A DNA stretch of 49,131 bases from Deltaproteobacteria bacterium RBG_13_61_14 (GTDB taxonomy: Bacteria; RBG-13-61-14), in NCBI GenBank assembly GCA_001797815.1, contig MGQK01000125.1:82442-131572 (forward strand), in the 5' to 3' direction. Below are positions 16,580 through 27,391 of this stretch, piece after piece (position 1 is the stretch's first letter; every line of letters begins with the position of its first letter). The notes below the pieces were generated by a model, which searched no databases, was not told where the DNA came from, and was given only the letters and a program-made list of their open reading frames with translations. Position numbers and translations under genes: made by a program.

Positions 16580-17791
16580 AAAAATTACCCAAAATTACCT
16601 GTTAGCAAAACCAACAAAAGTGGTCAAGATCATGATATTAGAAATCATAAAAAGAGTCACACCCAAGAGGGTCAAGAGGATTATACCTCAGGCGTTGAAA
16701 GATCGACTGAGAACAGATTCGGTTTCACAGCCCCTGCCTTCGTGGAATTACTTACAGAACCTGATGTTCAATTATCAAGTCAATAATTTAGTTAACGTAG
16801 ATCCGAAGTCTTTCAAAAGAAGAATTGATGAATTTCTCCAGCTTCAAGACTATGAGATGGAAGAATTCAAGGATCCTGATAAGCAGCGAGATTTGTCCAT
16901 AAAATTTCACTGGGGACATAACCATGACTTTGGGAATTTTTTTTTGAAAGGTAAAATGGAGGATAATCATTTTAGACTTGTGTCAACATTCATTGATCAC
17001 TTTGGCGTTCTTCCTAAATCTCTTAAGGGTATGAAAGTACTTGACATCGGCTGTTGGACAGGTGGTACCAGTCTGCTTCTATCGGCTATGGGTGCACATG
17101 TAGTTGCAATCGAAGAGGTAAAAAAGTATGTTGATTGTCTTAATTATTTGAAATATGCATTTAATATTGATAGACTTGAACCTAAGAATCTTTCCCTGTA
17201 CGACTGCACAACAGGCGAATTTCAAGACTCCTTTGATTTCGTCTTATTTGCTGGGGTCTTATACCATGTCACAGATCCTATTCTAGCGCTGAGAATAACC
17301 TTCAATTGTTTAAAGGATGGGGGCTTTTGTCTTTTAGAGACAGCTGCTATTGATTCAAATAAACCTATTTTAGCTTACCAAGGGCCAACTGTAGTTTTAG
17401 GCGGTAGTAAATGTGATTTGAGTAGAACCGGATGGAACTGGTTTTTTCCTTCTCCCAATACTCTCTCCCAAATGATGGCTGATGTCGGCTATAGAGACAT
17501 TCAAGTCGGTAAATGTATAAATGAAAGAGTTTTCGCGGCAGCGAAAAGAGAGGCTCATATTGACATGATGAGAGGCGGACTATCACAAAGAAAAATTCGT
17601 TAAATATTACGGGGGGCATGGTTTGCTCTAAATATTTAGACCGAAGTTCCTGCTGAAATAAAACGTTAACTGCATGTTCTTCAACGATTTTGCTCAAAAT
17701 CCCATTCCCCTTTACTGGCAACGCATCTCCAGGAGCTCAAAAGCCTTGGCCTGAAGAGGGGTGGGCGTGGAAAGTTGGGTGAAGAATTCGG
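16580..17791. other. AT-rich islet 2, bracketed by copies A and B of the GGGACACCATAC palindromic element
   Basis: There is an abrupt compositional switch. It holds a single AT-rich ORF and no recombinase. Confidence 0.7.
16632..17603 (+). CDS. Class I SAM-dependent methyltransferase (CmoB/DUF1698-like pattern)
   Basis: It has the motif I region VLDIGCWTGGTSLLLSAMGAHVVAIEE and the patterns FDFVLFAGVLYHVTDP and LKDGGFCLLET, as in the CmoB-type family. The start is uncertain (GTG 16620 or ATG 16632) and there is no clear SD. Confidence 0.75.
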   Translation: MILEIIKRVTPKRVKRIIPQALKDRLRTDSVSQPLPSWNYLQNLMFNYQVNNLVNVDPKSFKRRIDEFLQLQDYEMEEFKDPDKQRDLSIKFHWGHNHDFGNFFLKGKMEDNHFRLVSTFIDHFGVLPKSLKGMKVLDIGCWTGGTSLLLSAMGAHVVAIEEVKKYVDCLNYLKYAFNIDRLEPKNLSLYDCTTGEFQDSFDFVLFAGVLYHVTDPILALRITFNCLKDGGFCLLETAAIDSNKPILAYQGPTVVLGGSKCDLSRTGWNWFFPSPNTLSQMMADVGYRDIQVGKCINERVFAAAKREAHIDMMRGGLSQRKIR

Positions 17792-17989
17792 GGGACACCA
17801 TACTTTCTAATGAGAGCATAAAATGGTTGACATCGGCCGTAGGATCAGAGGTAGGGGCAGGGCTTGCCCTGCCCCATTTGGGCGCGGCAAGCCGCGCCCC
17901 TACGGTTTCTCCCTTGAACCAATTCTGTCAACAATAATCTGCTCCGAGTAATAATTCGGTTGGCAATGGATAATTAGGTGTGGTGTCCC
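17792..17989. repeat. Palindromic element copy B (termini gggacaccatac / gtgtggtgtccc) carrying a nested ~145-bp insert with two GC hairpins
   Basis: The termini are at 17792-17803 and 17978-17989. Nested stems are gttgaca/tgtcaac and ccgtagg/cctacgg, plus the hairpins ggggcaggg-cttg-ccctgcccc (17854-17875) and gggcgcgg-caag-ccgcgccc (17880-17899). It ends 9 nt from the moxR stop. Confidence 0.9.
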
Positions 17990-17998
17990 TCAAATTGG

Positions 17999-18939
<941 letters not shown>

Positions 18940-18943
<4 letters not shown>

Positions 18944-20064
18944 GCGCGGCTCGGAGCCTTGAGCCCCGCTCCTTTTTCTTCCAAACGCGACCGGATGGCC
19001 GCGTAACAGTCATCCTCCCGGCCGAAAAAATCCAGGGCCACCCGGAGCGAATGAATCGGAAGCGCGGGCAAACCGAGACCCGCGAGCCGGCCGGCGTCTT
19101 TCTCGGTGGTGATCATCCGCTCGGCGCCCGCGGCTCTGGCCCGGGCCGCTAGCTCCTTGAGCTCGGCCGCGGAATACGAGTGATGGTCCGGGAACGCCAC
19201 CCGATCTTTCACCTGGACTTTTGCAGCCAGAAGCTCAAAGAAATAATCAGGCTCGGCCAGGCCGGCAAAGGCCAAAGCCGGGCCTTGATCCTCTGCCGGC
19301 TCTCCAGCCAGCGAAAAAATCCCAACGGGCTGATAGCGGCTGAAAAAGACCGGGGCCTCTGGGTTCCAGCGCGAAAGCCACTCGGTCCAGGCCGGGTCCG
19401 GCCGGGAAACCTTGTTCACCACCACCACCGCGGCCCGGTGAAGGGCCGACCACGGCTCGCGAAGACGGCCGCGGGGTAAAAGCGCCTCGCCGGCCGGCGA
19501 CCGGCGGCCATCCACCACCACCACGTCGGCGTCGCGCTCTAGCCGGAGGTGCTGGAAGCCGTCGTCCAGGACCAGATGGGTGGCGCGAAACTGGGCGATG
19601 GCCTGCTCGCCGACCCGGACCCGGTCCGGCCCGCAAAGCACCGGCACCCCGGCCAGGTTTTGCGCCAGCCAATAGGGTTCGTCGCCCAATTCCCGGGCCG
19701 AGCCCAAAGGGCCGTCGCCGCGGGACGCCACGGTGACCGGCGCCGCGCTCGCCCGGCGATAGCCCCGGCTGATCAGCGCCACCCGCCGGCCCTCGGCGGA
19801 GAGCCGTGCGGCCAGCCAGCGGGCGAGCGGGGTCTTGCCCGAGCCGCCCACGGTGAGATTGCCCACCGCCGCCACCTTGGCGGGAAGCCGCCGGCTCGGC
19901 AGCCAGCCCTTCTGGTAAGCCGCGGCGCGCGCCTGCATCAGGCCGCCGTAAGCCCCGGCCAACAGGCTCAAGGGCAGGCGGAGGAGCGCGCCGGGAAGCG
20001 AGAGCTCCTGCCCGGGCTTCCACATCCAATCCAGCCGGTCGGGGCTGAGCCATCGCGCCATCAT
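18940..20064 (-). CDS. lpxK: Tetraacyldisaccharide 4'-kinase
   Basis: It has the P-loop GNLTVGGSGKTP. The start was chosen at ATG 20064 (MMARWLSPD...) after a GGGGAGG SD; the longer ORF would overlap msbA. Confidence 0.85.
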
Positions 20065-20077
20065 CGGTCCTCCCCGC

Positions 20078-21901
20078 CTAGCTGAGCAAAGCCTTGCCGG
20101 CATGGGCGCGCTGGGCCTGGCCGTCGGTCTCATACTCGCCCAGGAAGAACTGCATGTCATAGAGCCGCTTGTAAACCCCCTCGCGGGAGATCAATTCCTC
20201 GTGGGTGCCCTGCTCGACCACCCGCCCGTCTTCCATCACCAGGATCTTGTCGGCACGGCGGATGGTGCTGAGCCGGTGGGCGATGGCGAAGGTGGTGCGG
20301 TGCTGCATGAGCAGGTCGAGCGCCTTCTGCACCTCCCGCTCCGCCTCGGTGTCCAGGGCCGACGTCGCCTCGTCCAGGATCAGGATCGGCGGGTTCTTGA
20401 GCAAGGCCCGGGCAATGGCCAGGCGCTGGCGCTGGCCGCCGGACAGGCGCACGCCGCGCTCGCCGATATCGGTGTTGTAGCCCTGGGGCAGCTTGACGAT
20501 GAAGTCGTGGGCGTTGGCCGCCTTGGCCGCTTCCTCCACCTCGGCCTGCGTCCGCTCCGGCGAGCCATACTTGATGTTGTTGGCCACGGTATCATTGAAC
20601 AGGAAGGTCTCCTGGGTTACCACCCCGATCTGCCGGCGCAGGCTCTGCAGGGTCACCTCCCGGATATCCACGCCGTCCACGGTGATCCGGCCTTCCTGGA
20701 GATCGTAAAACCGGGGCAGCAGGTTCACCACCGTGGTCTTGCCCGATCCGGACACCCCGACCAGGGCGATCAGCTCGCCCTGGTTCGCGATCAAGTTGAA
20801 ATCTCTGAGCACGTACTCGTCCAGGTAGCGGAAAGAGACGTTTTCGAAACGAATCTCGCGCTGGAAGGGCGGGAGCGCGCTCGCCCCGGGAGCTTCGACC
20901 ACGGTGCTTTCTTTCTCCAGGGTCTCGAGGATGCGCTCGGCCGCCCCGTAGGCGGTCTGGAGGTTGCCGTTGATGTCGCCGATCTGGCGGATGGGCCCAT
21001 ACATGAACCCGATGGCCATGAGGTAAGACACGAAATCCCCGACCTCGGTATCGCCCGTGGCCAGACGCAGGCAGCCGATGAAAAAGATGACGGCGATACC
21101 GAAGGAGCCGATCATGTTGGTAATCGGAGAGATGAGCAATTTGGTCCGCTCATAGGTCATGACTAGCTTTAAGAGACGGAGGTTGATCGCCCCGAACCTC
21201 GCCACCTCCTCCCCTTCCATGTTGAAAGCCTTGACCACCTTGGCGCCGGAGTAGGTCTCCTGCAGGTGGTCGGTGAGGTCCGCCACCTGGCTGAGGCCCT
21301 TCTTGGTGTAGCGCTTCATGGCGGTGCCGATCCGGATGATGGGTCCGATGGTGGTGGGAATTACCATCAATGCGGCCAGGGTGAGCCAGGGGTCCCGGTA
21401 AACGCAGACGCCGATCAGTCCCGCCAGTTTGAGCAGTTGGCGGATCAGTTCCAGCAAGAGCGGCACCGCGCTCTGCATCCGGCCCACGTCGTTGGTGGTG
21501 CGCGAGATCATGTCCCCGGTGGTGCCGCGGTCGAAGTGATCCAAAGAGAGGTGGATGAAGTGGCCGTAGATGCCGATCCGGATATCCTGCACCACCCGCT
21601 GGCAGACCCGCTCGCGCTGGTACTTGTAGAGAAAATCGGTGGATTCGCGCAGCAGGAACAGCCCCGGGATGGACAGGGTCAGAAGCGCGATCAGGGCCAG
21701 GCGGGGTTCTTTCTGCACATAATCCACAAAATATTTGGCCCCGAAAGCCGCCACCGGCTCGAAGGGCGAGGCCAGGAGCATCAGCACCACCATCAGCGCA
21801 AAGCCGCGGCGGTAACGCCGGAAATAGGGATAAACGTAGCCGAGGGTCCGCTTGAGCTGCGACCAGCGGATCATCCCTTTCTCTTTTTTCTTCTTACCCA
21901 T
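20078..21901 (-). CDS. msbA: Lipid A export ABC transporter, fused permease/ATPase (MsbA-like)
   Basis: It has a six-TM N-terminal half, then Walker A GVSGSGKTT, the signature LSGGQRQRLAIARA and Walker B ILILDEATSALD. It sits in an lpx cluster. Confidence 0.85.
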   Translation of the reverse strand: MGKKKKEKGMIRWSQLKRTLGYVYPYFRRYRRGFALMVVLMLLASPFEPVAAFGAKYFVDYVQKEPRLALIALLTLSIPGLFLLRESTDFLYKYQRERVCQRVVQDIRIGIYGHFIHLSLDHFDRGTTGDMISRTTNDVGRMQSAVPLLLELIRQLLKLAGLIGVCVYRDPWLTLAALMVIPTTIGPIIRIGTAMKRYTKKGLSQVADLTDHLQETYSGAKVVKAFNMEGEEVARFGAINLRLLKLVMTYERTKLLISPITNMIGSFGIAVIFFIGCLRLATGDTEVGDFVSYLMAIGFMYGPIRQIGDINGNLQTAYGAAERILETLEKESTVVEAPGASALPPFQREIRFENVSFRYLDEYVLRDFNLIANQGELIALVGVSGSGKTTVVNLLPRFYDLQEGRITVDGVDIREVTLQSLRRQIGVVTQETFLFNDTVANNIKYGSPERTQAEVEEAAKAANAHDFIVKLPQGYNTDIGERGVRLSGGQRQRLAIARALLKNPPILILDEATSALDTEAEREVQKALDLLMQHRTTFAIAHRLSTIRRADKILVMEDGRVVEQGTHEELISREGVYKRLYDMQFFLGEYETDGQAQRAHAGKALLS

Positions 21902-22882
21902 TCACAGCGCCTCCGGCCGGGGAAGGTTTTTGGCGATACACTCGTGGATGCGTAGCGCCACCTTCAGCGCCCGCCAGCCGTCCTCGCCGCTGACCGCCGG
22001 CGGCGTGCGCTGGGCCACCGAATCGAGGAACGCCTCGAGCTCGGCCTGGAGGGCGTCCTGGCGGTCGAGAGGGACCTGCTGGATGCGAATCCGGGACATG
22101 GGGTCGGCGCCGTCGCCTTCGCCCAGGGTGAAAACCGCCATCTTCTGGTTGGAGTAGTCAATCGAGATATAGCGCTCCGGCTCGAAGATACGGATCTTGC
22201 GGATGCCCTCGCCCAGCGAGACCCGGCTGGCGGTGAGGTTGGCCACTGCCCCGTTCTCGAACTCCAGACGGGCGTTGGCGATGTCCACCTTGTCCGAGAG
22301 CACCGGGACGCCGAGGGCGGAGACGGATTTGACCGGCGCCTTGATAAAGCTGAGGATAATATCCAGGTCGTGGATCATCAAGTCCAGGATCACGTCCACG
22401 TTGGCCGCCCGTTCCTTGAAAGGTCCCAGCCGGTTGGCCTCGATGAAACCGGGCCGGACGATGGTGTTGCGCAGGGCCAGGATGGCGGGGTTGAAGCGCT
22501 CGAGGTGGCCGACCTGGAAGATGCGGCTCCGGGCCTGGGCCAGGCGGACCAGTTCTTCGGCCTGGGCCTCGGTCTCGGTCACGGGTTTTTCCAGGAGGAT
22601 GTCGAGCCCGGCTTCCAGGCAGGCCTTGGCCACCCCGTAATGCTCGGGCGTGGGCACCACGATGTTGACCGCCTGGACCTGCGCCAGGAGCTCGCGGTAG
22701 TCGGTGAAAGGCTCGGTGTGCAGGCGGCCGGCCAGGGCCGCGGCCCGCTCCGGGACTACGTCCACCACCCCGACCAGCTCGGCCCGGGGCAGCGCCGCGT
22801 ATTTTTCCGCGTGGAAGGTGCCCAGGTAGCCACAGCCGATCACGGCCACCCGCACCCGCGAAGTTGTTGAAGAATCTGCCAT
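21902..22882 (-). CDS. Gfo/Idh/MocA family NAD-dependent oxidoreductase embedded in the lipid A cluster (possible GnnA-type UDP-GlcNAc 3-dehydrogenase)
   Basis: It has the Rossmann N-terminus RVAVIGCGYLGTFHAEKY. ATG 22882 follows a GGAG SD (alternative GTG at 22900). Its stop abuts the msbA start. Confidence 0.8.
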   Translation of the reverse strand: MADSSTTSRVRVAVIGCGYLGTFHAEKYAALPRAELVGVVDVVPERAAALAGRLHTEPFTDYRELLAQVQAVNIVVPTPEHYGVAKACLEAGLDILLEKPVTETEAQAEELVRLAQARSRIFQVGHLERFNPAILALRNTIVRPGFIEANRLGPFKERAANVDVILDLMIHDLDIILSFIKAPVKSVSALGVPVLSDKVDIANARLEFENGAVANLTASRVSLGEGIRKIRIFEPERYISIDYSNQKMAVFTLGEGDGADPMSRIRIQQVPLDRQDALQAELEAFLDSVAQRTPPAVSGEDGWRALKVALRIHECIAKNLPRPEAL

Positions 22883-22902
22883 CTTTCCGGCTCCCGGCAC
22901 CC

Positions 22903-23745
22903 TCAGTGACCCTCGGGGGCGGCCGGGGCTTCCACTCCGACCAGGGTGATGCCCATGACCTCCGCCAGGGCGGTCATCTTCCGGCGCTCCAAAAGCAGGA
23001 CCCGGCCCGCCTCCACCGCCAGCACCCGCGCCCGCGCCGCCTCCAGGTAGCGCAGCGTTTCCATCCCCACCGCGGGCACGTCGAAACGGAAGTCCTGGCC
23101 GGGCTTGGCGGTCTTCACCACCACCGCGCCGGGACCGGCCAGCCGGCCGGCGCGGAGGATGGCCTGGTCCGTGCCCTCGATCGCCTCGACCGCGACCACC
23201 GCCTGGTCCTTGACGATCACGGTCTGGCCGAGGTCGAGGGCGCCGATGCCCTTGGCCATGCCCAGGCCGAAGCGGACGTCCGCCGCTTCCGGGGCGGAAA
23301 GGGGGATGCCGTTGAGCGTGGCCGCCGGTGCCATCCAGTTTTGCAAGTAGCGGGTGGCCGGGTCCACGGTGATGCCGGCGCGCTCCAGGACTTTCACCAC
23401 CGCCTGGAGCAGGGTGTCGTCGCGGCGGTCGGGCAGGCTCTGGAGCAGGGAGAGAGCCATCTCGTCGAGTTGGAGGTTGTTGTACATCCGGGTCTTGTAA
23501 AGCTTGCCCACCATCACCGCCCGGGTGGCGCCTTCTTCCTGGAGGATGCGCAGCAGTTCCTGGAAATGGAGGAAGGGGAACTCGCGCAGCCGCAGCCCGC
23601 GGTCGAGCAATTCGGGATGGGACTCGCCGGCCGGGGCCAGGGCCACGACCTCAAAGCCCTGGTCGAGCATCTCCTGCGCGGCCAGGACCGGGAACCGGCC
23701 CGAGCCGCAGAGCAACGCCACGCGCTCGCCGCTAACGGATGACAC
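22903..23745 (-). CDS. lpxI: UDP-2,3-diacylglucosamine diphosphatase LpxI (DUF1009)
   Basis: The sequence pattern ALLCGSGRFPVLAAQE... and ...DVPAVGMETL... is typical of LpxI. It lies immediately downstream of lpxA, overlapping by 14 nt. Confidence 0.8.
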   Translation of the reverse strand: MSSVSGERVALLCGSGRFPVLAAQEMLDQGFEVVALAPAGESHPELLDRGLRLREFPFLHFQELLRILQEEGATRAVMVGKLYKTRMYNNLQLDEMALSLLQSLPDRRDDTLLQAVVKVLERAGITVDPATRYLQNWMAPAATLNGIPLSAPEAADVRFGLGMAKGIGALDLGQTVIVKDQAVVAVEAIEGTDQAILRAGRLAGPGAVVVKTAKPGQDFRFDVPAVGMETLRYLEAARARVLAVEAGRVLLLERRKMTALAEVMGITLVGVEAPAAPEGH

Positions 23746-24523
23746 CCCGCTGACTCGTCCGGATAAATTCCAGGAGGTGGGCCACTTCCGGGTCGGCGCC
23801 GAACTCCTCTTGCGCCTTGACCAGTGCCTCCTCCAGCCGGAGGCCGGAGCGGAAGATGGTCCGGTAGGCCCGGCGCAGGGCGTGGGCGGTCTCCAGGGAC
23901 AGGCCCACCCGCTTGATGCCGACCCGGTTCAGCCCGATAAACCGCGCCCGGTCGCCGGCCACCAGGCTCCAGGGCGGCACGTCCATGGGCGCGCCGGAGA
24001 TGGCGGCCAGCATCGCGCCCCGGCCCACCCGGCAATACTGATGCACCCCGGAAAGCCCGCCGAGCACGGCATGGTCTTCCAGGATCACGTGCCCGGCCAG
24101 CAAGGCCTGGTTGGCCATGAGCACATGGTTGCCGAGCACGCAGTCGTGGGCCACGTGGCAGCCGATCATGATAAAGTTGTCGTTTCCGACCACGGTCTCA
24201 CCCCGACCCGAGACCGTGCCCCGGTGCAGGGTGACATACTCCCGGATGAGGTTGCGGTCTCCCACCCGGAGCCGGGTGGGCTCGCCCCGATAGGACACGT
24301 GCTGGGGCGCCCCGCCCAGGCAGGCGAACGGCCCGATCCGGTTGTCGCGGCCGATCGCGGCGGGTCCTTCCAGGACGACGTGGGCGCCGATGACGGTGCC
24401 GGCGCCGACCTTCACGCCCTCGCCGATCACGGCAAAGGGCCCCACCGCCACCCCGGAGTCCAGCTCGGCCCGGGGGTGGATCACGGCCGTGGGATGGATG
24501 CCCGCGGGTTCAGGGTTGAGCAT
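23732..24523 (-). CDS. lpxA: Acyl-ACP--UDP-N-acetylglucosamine O-acyltransferase
   Basis: It has N-terminal hexapeptide repeats (IHPTAVIHPRAELDSGVAVGPFAVIGEG...) and a C-terminal helical domain (GLNRVGIKRVG...). Confidence 0.9.
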   Translation of the reverse strand: MLNPEPAGIHPTAVIHPRAELDSGVAVGPFAVIGEGVKVGAGTVIGAHVVLEGPAAIGRDNRIGPFACLGGAPQHVSYRGEPTRLRVGDRNLIREYVTLHRGTVSGRGETVVGNDNFIMIGCHVAHDCVLGNHVLMANQALLAGHVILEDHAVLGGLSGVHQYCRVGRGAMLAAISGAPMDVPPWSLVAGDRARFIGLNRVGIKRVGLSLETAHALRRAYRTIFRSGLRLEEALVKAQEEFGADPEVAHLLEFIRTSQRGVIR

Positions 24524-25058
24524 CGAAGTAACGGGTGACCTCGTCGGTGATTTCCAGTTTGGGGTTGTAAAAAATCAGCATCCCGCGCAGGTCGAGGATC
24601 AGACTGAAGTTCTGCTCGGTGGCCATCTTCTCGATCACGTCGGAAAGGCCCTTTTCCAGGGGCGCCAGCGCTTCCTGCTCCCGCTTGCGCGCCTGGTCCT
24701 CGTAATCCTGGCGCTTGCGCTCAAAGGAGCGCATCTTCAACTCCAGGTCGTTCGCCTTTTGCTTCTTGGTGTCTTCGCTCCAGACCGAGGCCTTGTCGGT
24801 GAACTCTTTCTTCAGGCGGTTGATCTCATCCAGCTCCCGCTTCAGCTCTTCGCCCTTGGGCTTGAACTCGGCTTCCAGGGTGCTGAACTTGGCCTTGCCC
24901 ACCTTCGAGTCCTGGGCCACCTTGTCCACGTTCACGATCCCGATCTTGACGCCCGGCGCCGCCTGGGCCCAGGCCAGGCGCTCGGAGCTGAGGGCCGCGC
25001 CCAGCGCCGCGGATAACACCATGCTCAAGAACCAGAGCAGAGTCATTTTTTTCGTCAT
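24510..25058 (-). CDS. skp: OmpH/Skp family periplasmic chaperone
   Basis: It has a signal peptide and a Lys/Glu-rich coiled-coil (IGIVNVDKVAQDSKVGKAK...). It lies directly downstream of bamA. Confidence 0.85.
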   Translation of the reverse strand: MTKKMTLLWFLSMVLSAALGAALSSERLAWAQAAPGVKIGIVNVDKVAQDSKVGKAKFSTLEAEFKPKGEELKRELDEINRLKKEFTDKASVWSEDTKKQKANDLELKMRSFERKRQDYEDQARKREQEALAPLEKGLSDVIEKMATEQNFSLILDLRGMLIFYNPKLEITDEVTRYFDAQP

Positions 25059-25075
25059 CGCACCCGCCTCCTCGG

Positions 25076-27391
25076 TCAGAAATTGGTCCCGATCGCAAAG
25101 TTGAACACTTCGCTCCGCTCGCCTTCCCGCCGGTCAAGGGGGAATCCCAGCTCGAAGCGGAGCGGTCCCATCGGCGACATCCACCGGATGCCCGCGCCCC
25201 AGTCCTGGCGCAGGTTAGAAAGGTCAATCTCTTCGTTATCGTTAAAGGCGTTCCCGATATCATAAAAGGCCACGAACTTGAGTCCCATCTCCTTGGAGAT
25301 GGGGATCACATAATCAAGGTTAAAGACTAGCTCCTTGTTCCCGCCGATCGGGGTCTCGAACTCCGAATCCTCCACGAACACCGGCCCGACCGAGCCATAC
25401 TCGTAGCCGCGCAAGCTGTGGATGCCGCCCAGGAAGAAGCGTTCGGTGATGAGCAGGTCTTCGCCTCCCTGGTAATCGAGCAGACCCAGAAGCACCCGGC
25501 CCGAGAGATAGGTTCCCCGGGTCTTGGGGATGGGCTGATAATACTGGGCTTCGAGGATGGTCTTGATGAAATCCTGCTCGCCCCCGAACACATTGTATCC
25601 GGCCACCTCCACCCCCGCGGAAAGCAGGGAGCCTTTGGTGGGATCCAGGTAGTTGTCGAGCGCGTTCCGCTCGAGCTGGGTAGTGAGACTCCCGATCAGG
25701 GTATTGGCCGGCTGGCGGCGGTAGATGCTGGAGGACTTGGCGTAATTTTCCAGGTTGCTCTGGACCAGGGAATAGGTCAGGGAGGTGCGGACGTATTCGG
25801 TGTGGGGAATCGGCCGGCCCACGGTGAGGCTGCCGCCCCGGCGGGCGCTGGTGAAGTCGAGGTAGCGCTGCTCGGTGGAGAAGAGGTTGACGGCGAAGCG
25901 CCAATTCGAATCCAGGAAGTAGCGATCATCGAAGCGCACGTAGTAGTTCTGGGTGCGCTGGGAGATCTGGGTCTGCAAGGACAGCGACAGGCCCTGTCCC
26001 AGGAAATTCTGCTGCGAATACTGGGCGGTGAAGAAGAAATCCTCGGTGGTGGAATAACCGGCCCCCGCGGAAAAAGCCCCGGAGGGCCGTTCCTTGATCA
26101 CCACGTCCACGTTGACCCGGTCATCGGCGCTGCCCGGCCGGGGGATGAACTCCACCGAGTTGAAAAATCCCAGCCGCTGCACCCGGGCCTGGCTCCGCCG
26201 CAGCTCTTTGGAAGAATAAAGTTGCGTCTCCGAAATAGTCAATTCCCGCCGGATGACCTTGTCGTGGGTTTTATCGTTCCCGGTCATCTCGATCCGCTCG
26301 AAATAGACTTTTTTGCCCTTGTGGATCATGTAGTTCAGGTTGACTATCGCGTCCTCCGGATGCCGGTCCAACTGGTAATCAATGTCCACCAGGGCGTAGC
26401 CTTCCTCCCCGTAACGGTCGGTCAGATACTGGATGTCCATCTGCAACTGGCTCTGCCGAAAAATCTCGCCCTCCTGGAGCGCGAAATTCTTCTTGGACTC
26501 CGCTTCCGGATCGAGCAGGTCCCCGGTCACCGTGATCGTCCCCACCCGGTACTGGATGCCTTCCTCCAACCCGACCCCGATATAAACCTGGCGCAAATCC
26601 GGGGTGAGCAGACGTTCCGGCGACGCCACCTTCAGGTCCAGGAAACCATGGTCCTTGTAGTAGTAGTCCAGGAAATAGAGCGAGCGGAACATCTCTTCCC
26701 GGTTATAAGGCTTGCGGGTGAACGCCCCGCTCTCTTTCACCCCTTGCATCGCCTGATGCAGCTTCCGCTCCGAGATCTTCTCGTTGCCAAAAATCTCGAT
26801 CTTTTTCACCTGAGGCTTCTTATACTCGTGGAGATGGAAGATCACCCGCACCCGGCCCGGCTCCACTTCCTCCACTTCCGGCACCACCTCGGTCAAAAAC
26901 AGGCCCTTCTTCTGGTATTCTTCCTCGATCCGCGCCTTGGCTTCCTGAACCTTGCCCGGGTCAAAGATGGCATGGGCCTTTAACTCTACCAACTTTTCCA
27001 AGTCGTCCTGCTTGATCTGGGCGTTGCCGGTAAAGCTTACTTCCTGGATCAAGGGCTTTTCCGCGATGATATAGGTCAGGGCCAACCCTCCCGGCACTTC
27101 TTCCTCTTCCACCCGCACGTCGGTGACAAATCCGGAAGCAAAGATCGCCTGGATGTCCTCGCTCACCTGTTCCCGCGATAATTCCTGGCCCACTTTTGAA
27201 CCAATAAAAGACCGAATCGTTTCCTCCTCGATCCCCCGGGTCCCCTCCACCTCAATCCGCTGGATCACCTGCCCGGCCGCCCACCCAGGCCATACCGCTC
27301 CCAGGAGCACCGCCAACAGCATCATCCACAGGCCATACCCGCCCGCTTGCCCCTCCGCGCGCACTGATTCCTCGTTTACTTCCTGATTCAA
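25076..27391 (-). CDS. bamA: Outer-membrane protein assembly factor BamA (Omp85)
   Basis: 771 aa with POTRA repeats (IQRIEVEGT..., IEIFGNEKI..., RIEMTGNDKT...) and a C-terminal beta-barrel ending ...FNFAIGTNF. Confidence 0.9.
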   Translation of the reverse strand: MNQEVNEESVRAEGQAGGYGLWMMLLAVLLGAVWPGWAAGQVIQRIEVEGTRGIEEETIRSFIGSKVGQELSREQVSEDIQAIFASGFVTDVRVEEEEVPGGLALTYIIAEKPLIQEVSFTGNAQIKQDDLEKLVELKAHAIFDPGKVQEAKARIEEEYQKKGLFLTEVVPEVEEVEPGRVRVIFHLHEYKKPQVKKIEIFGNEKISERKLHQAMQGVKESGAFTRKPYNREEMFRSLYFLDYYYKDHGFLDLKVASPERLLTPDLRQVYIGVGLEEGIQYRVGTITVTGDLLDPEAESKKNFALQEGEIFRQSQLQMDIQYLTDRYGEEGYALVDIDYQLDRHPEDAIVNLNYMIHKGKKVYFERIEMTGNDKTHDKVIRRELTISETQLYSSKELRRSQARVQRLGFFNSVEFIPRPGSADDRVNVDVVIKERPSGAFSAGAGYSTTEDFFFTAQYSQQNFLGQGLSLSLQTQISQRTQNYYVRFDDRYFLDSNWRFAVNLFSTEQRYLDFTSARRGGSLTVGRPIPHTEYVRTSLTYSLVQSNLENYAKSSSIYRRQPANTLIGSLTTQLERNALDNYLDPTKGSLLSAGVEVAGYNVFGGEQDFIKTILEAQYYQPIPKTRGTYLSGRVLLGLLDYQGGEDLLITERFFLGGIHSLRGYEYGSVGPVFVEDSEFETPIGGNKELVFNLDYVIPISKEMGLKFVAFYDIGNAFNDNEEIDLSNLRQDWGAGIRWMSPMGPLRFELGFPLDRREGERSEVFNFAIGTNF

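Noticed and set aside
16523-17989. Interpretation of the palindromic elements as integron attC sites (a CALIN-type cassette array)
   Set aside because: No intI gene is present. I cannot find the RYYYAAC / GTTRRRY R-box pair at the element ends, and the cassettes are dispersed rather than arrayed. It is kept only as a hypothesis to test with an attC model.
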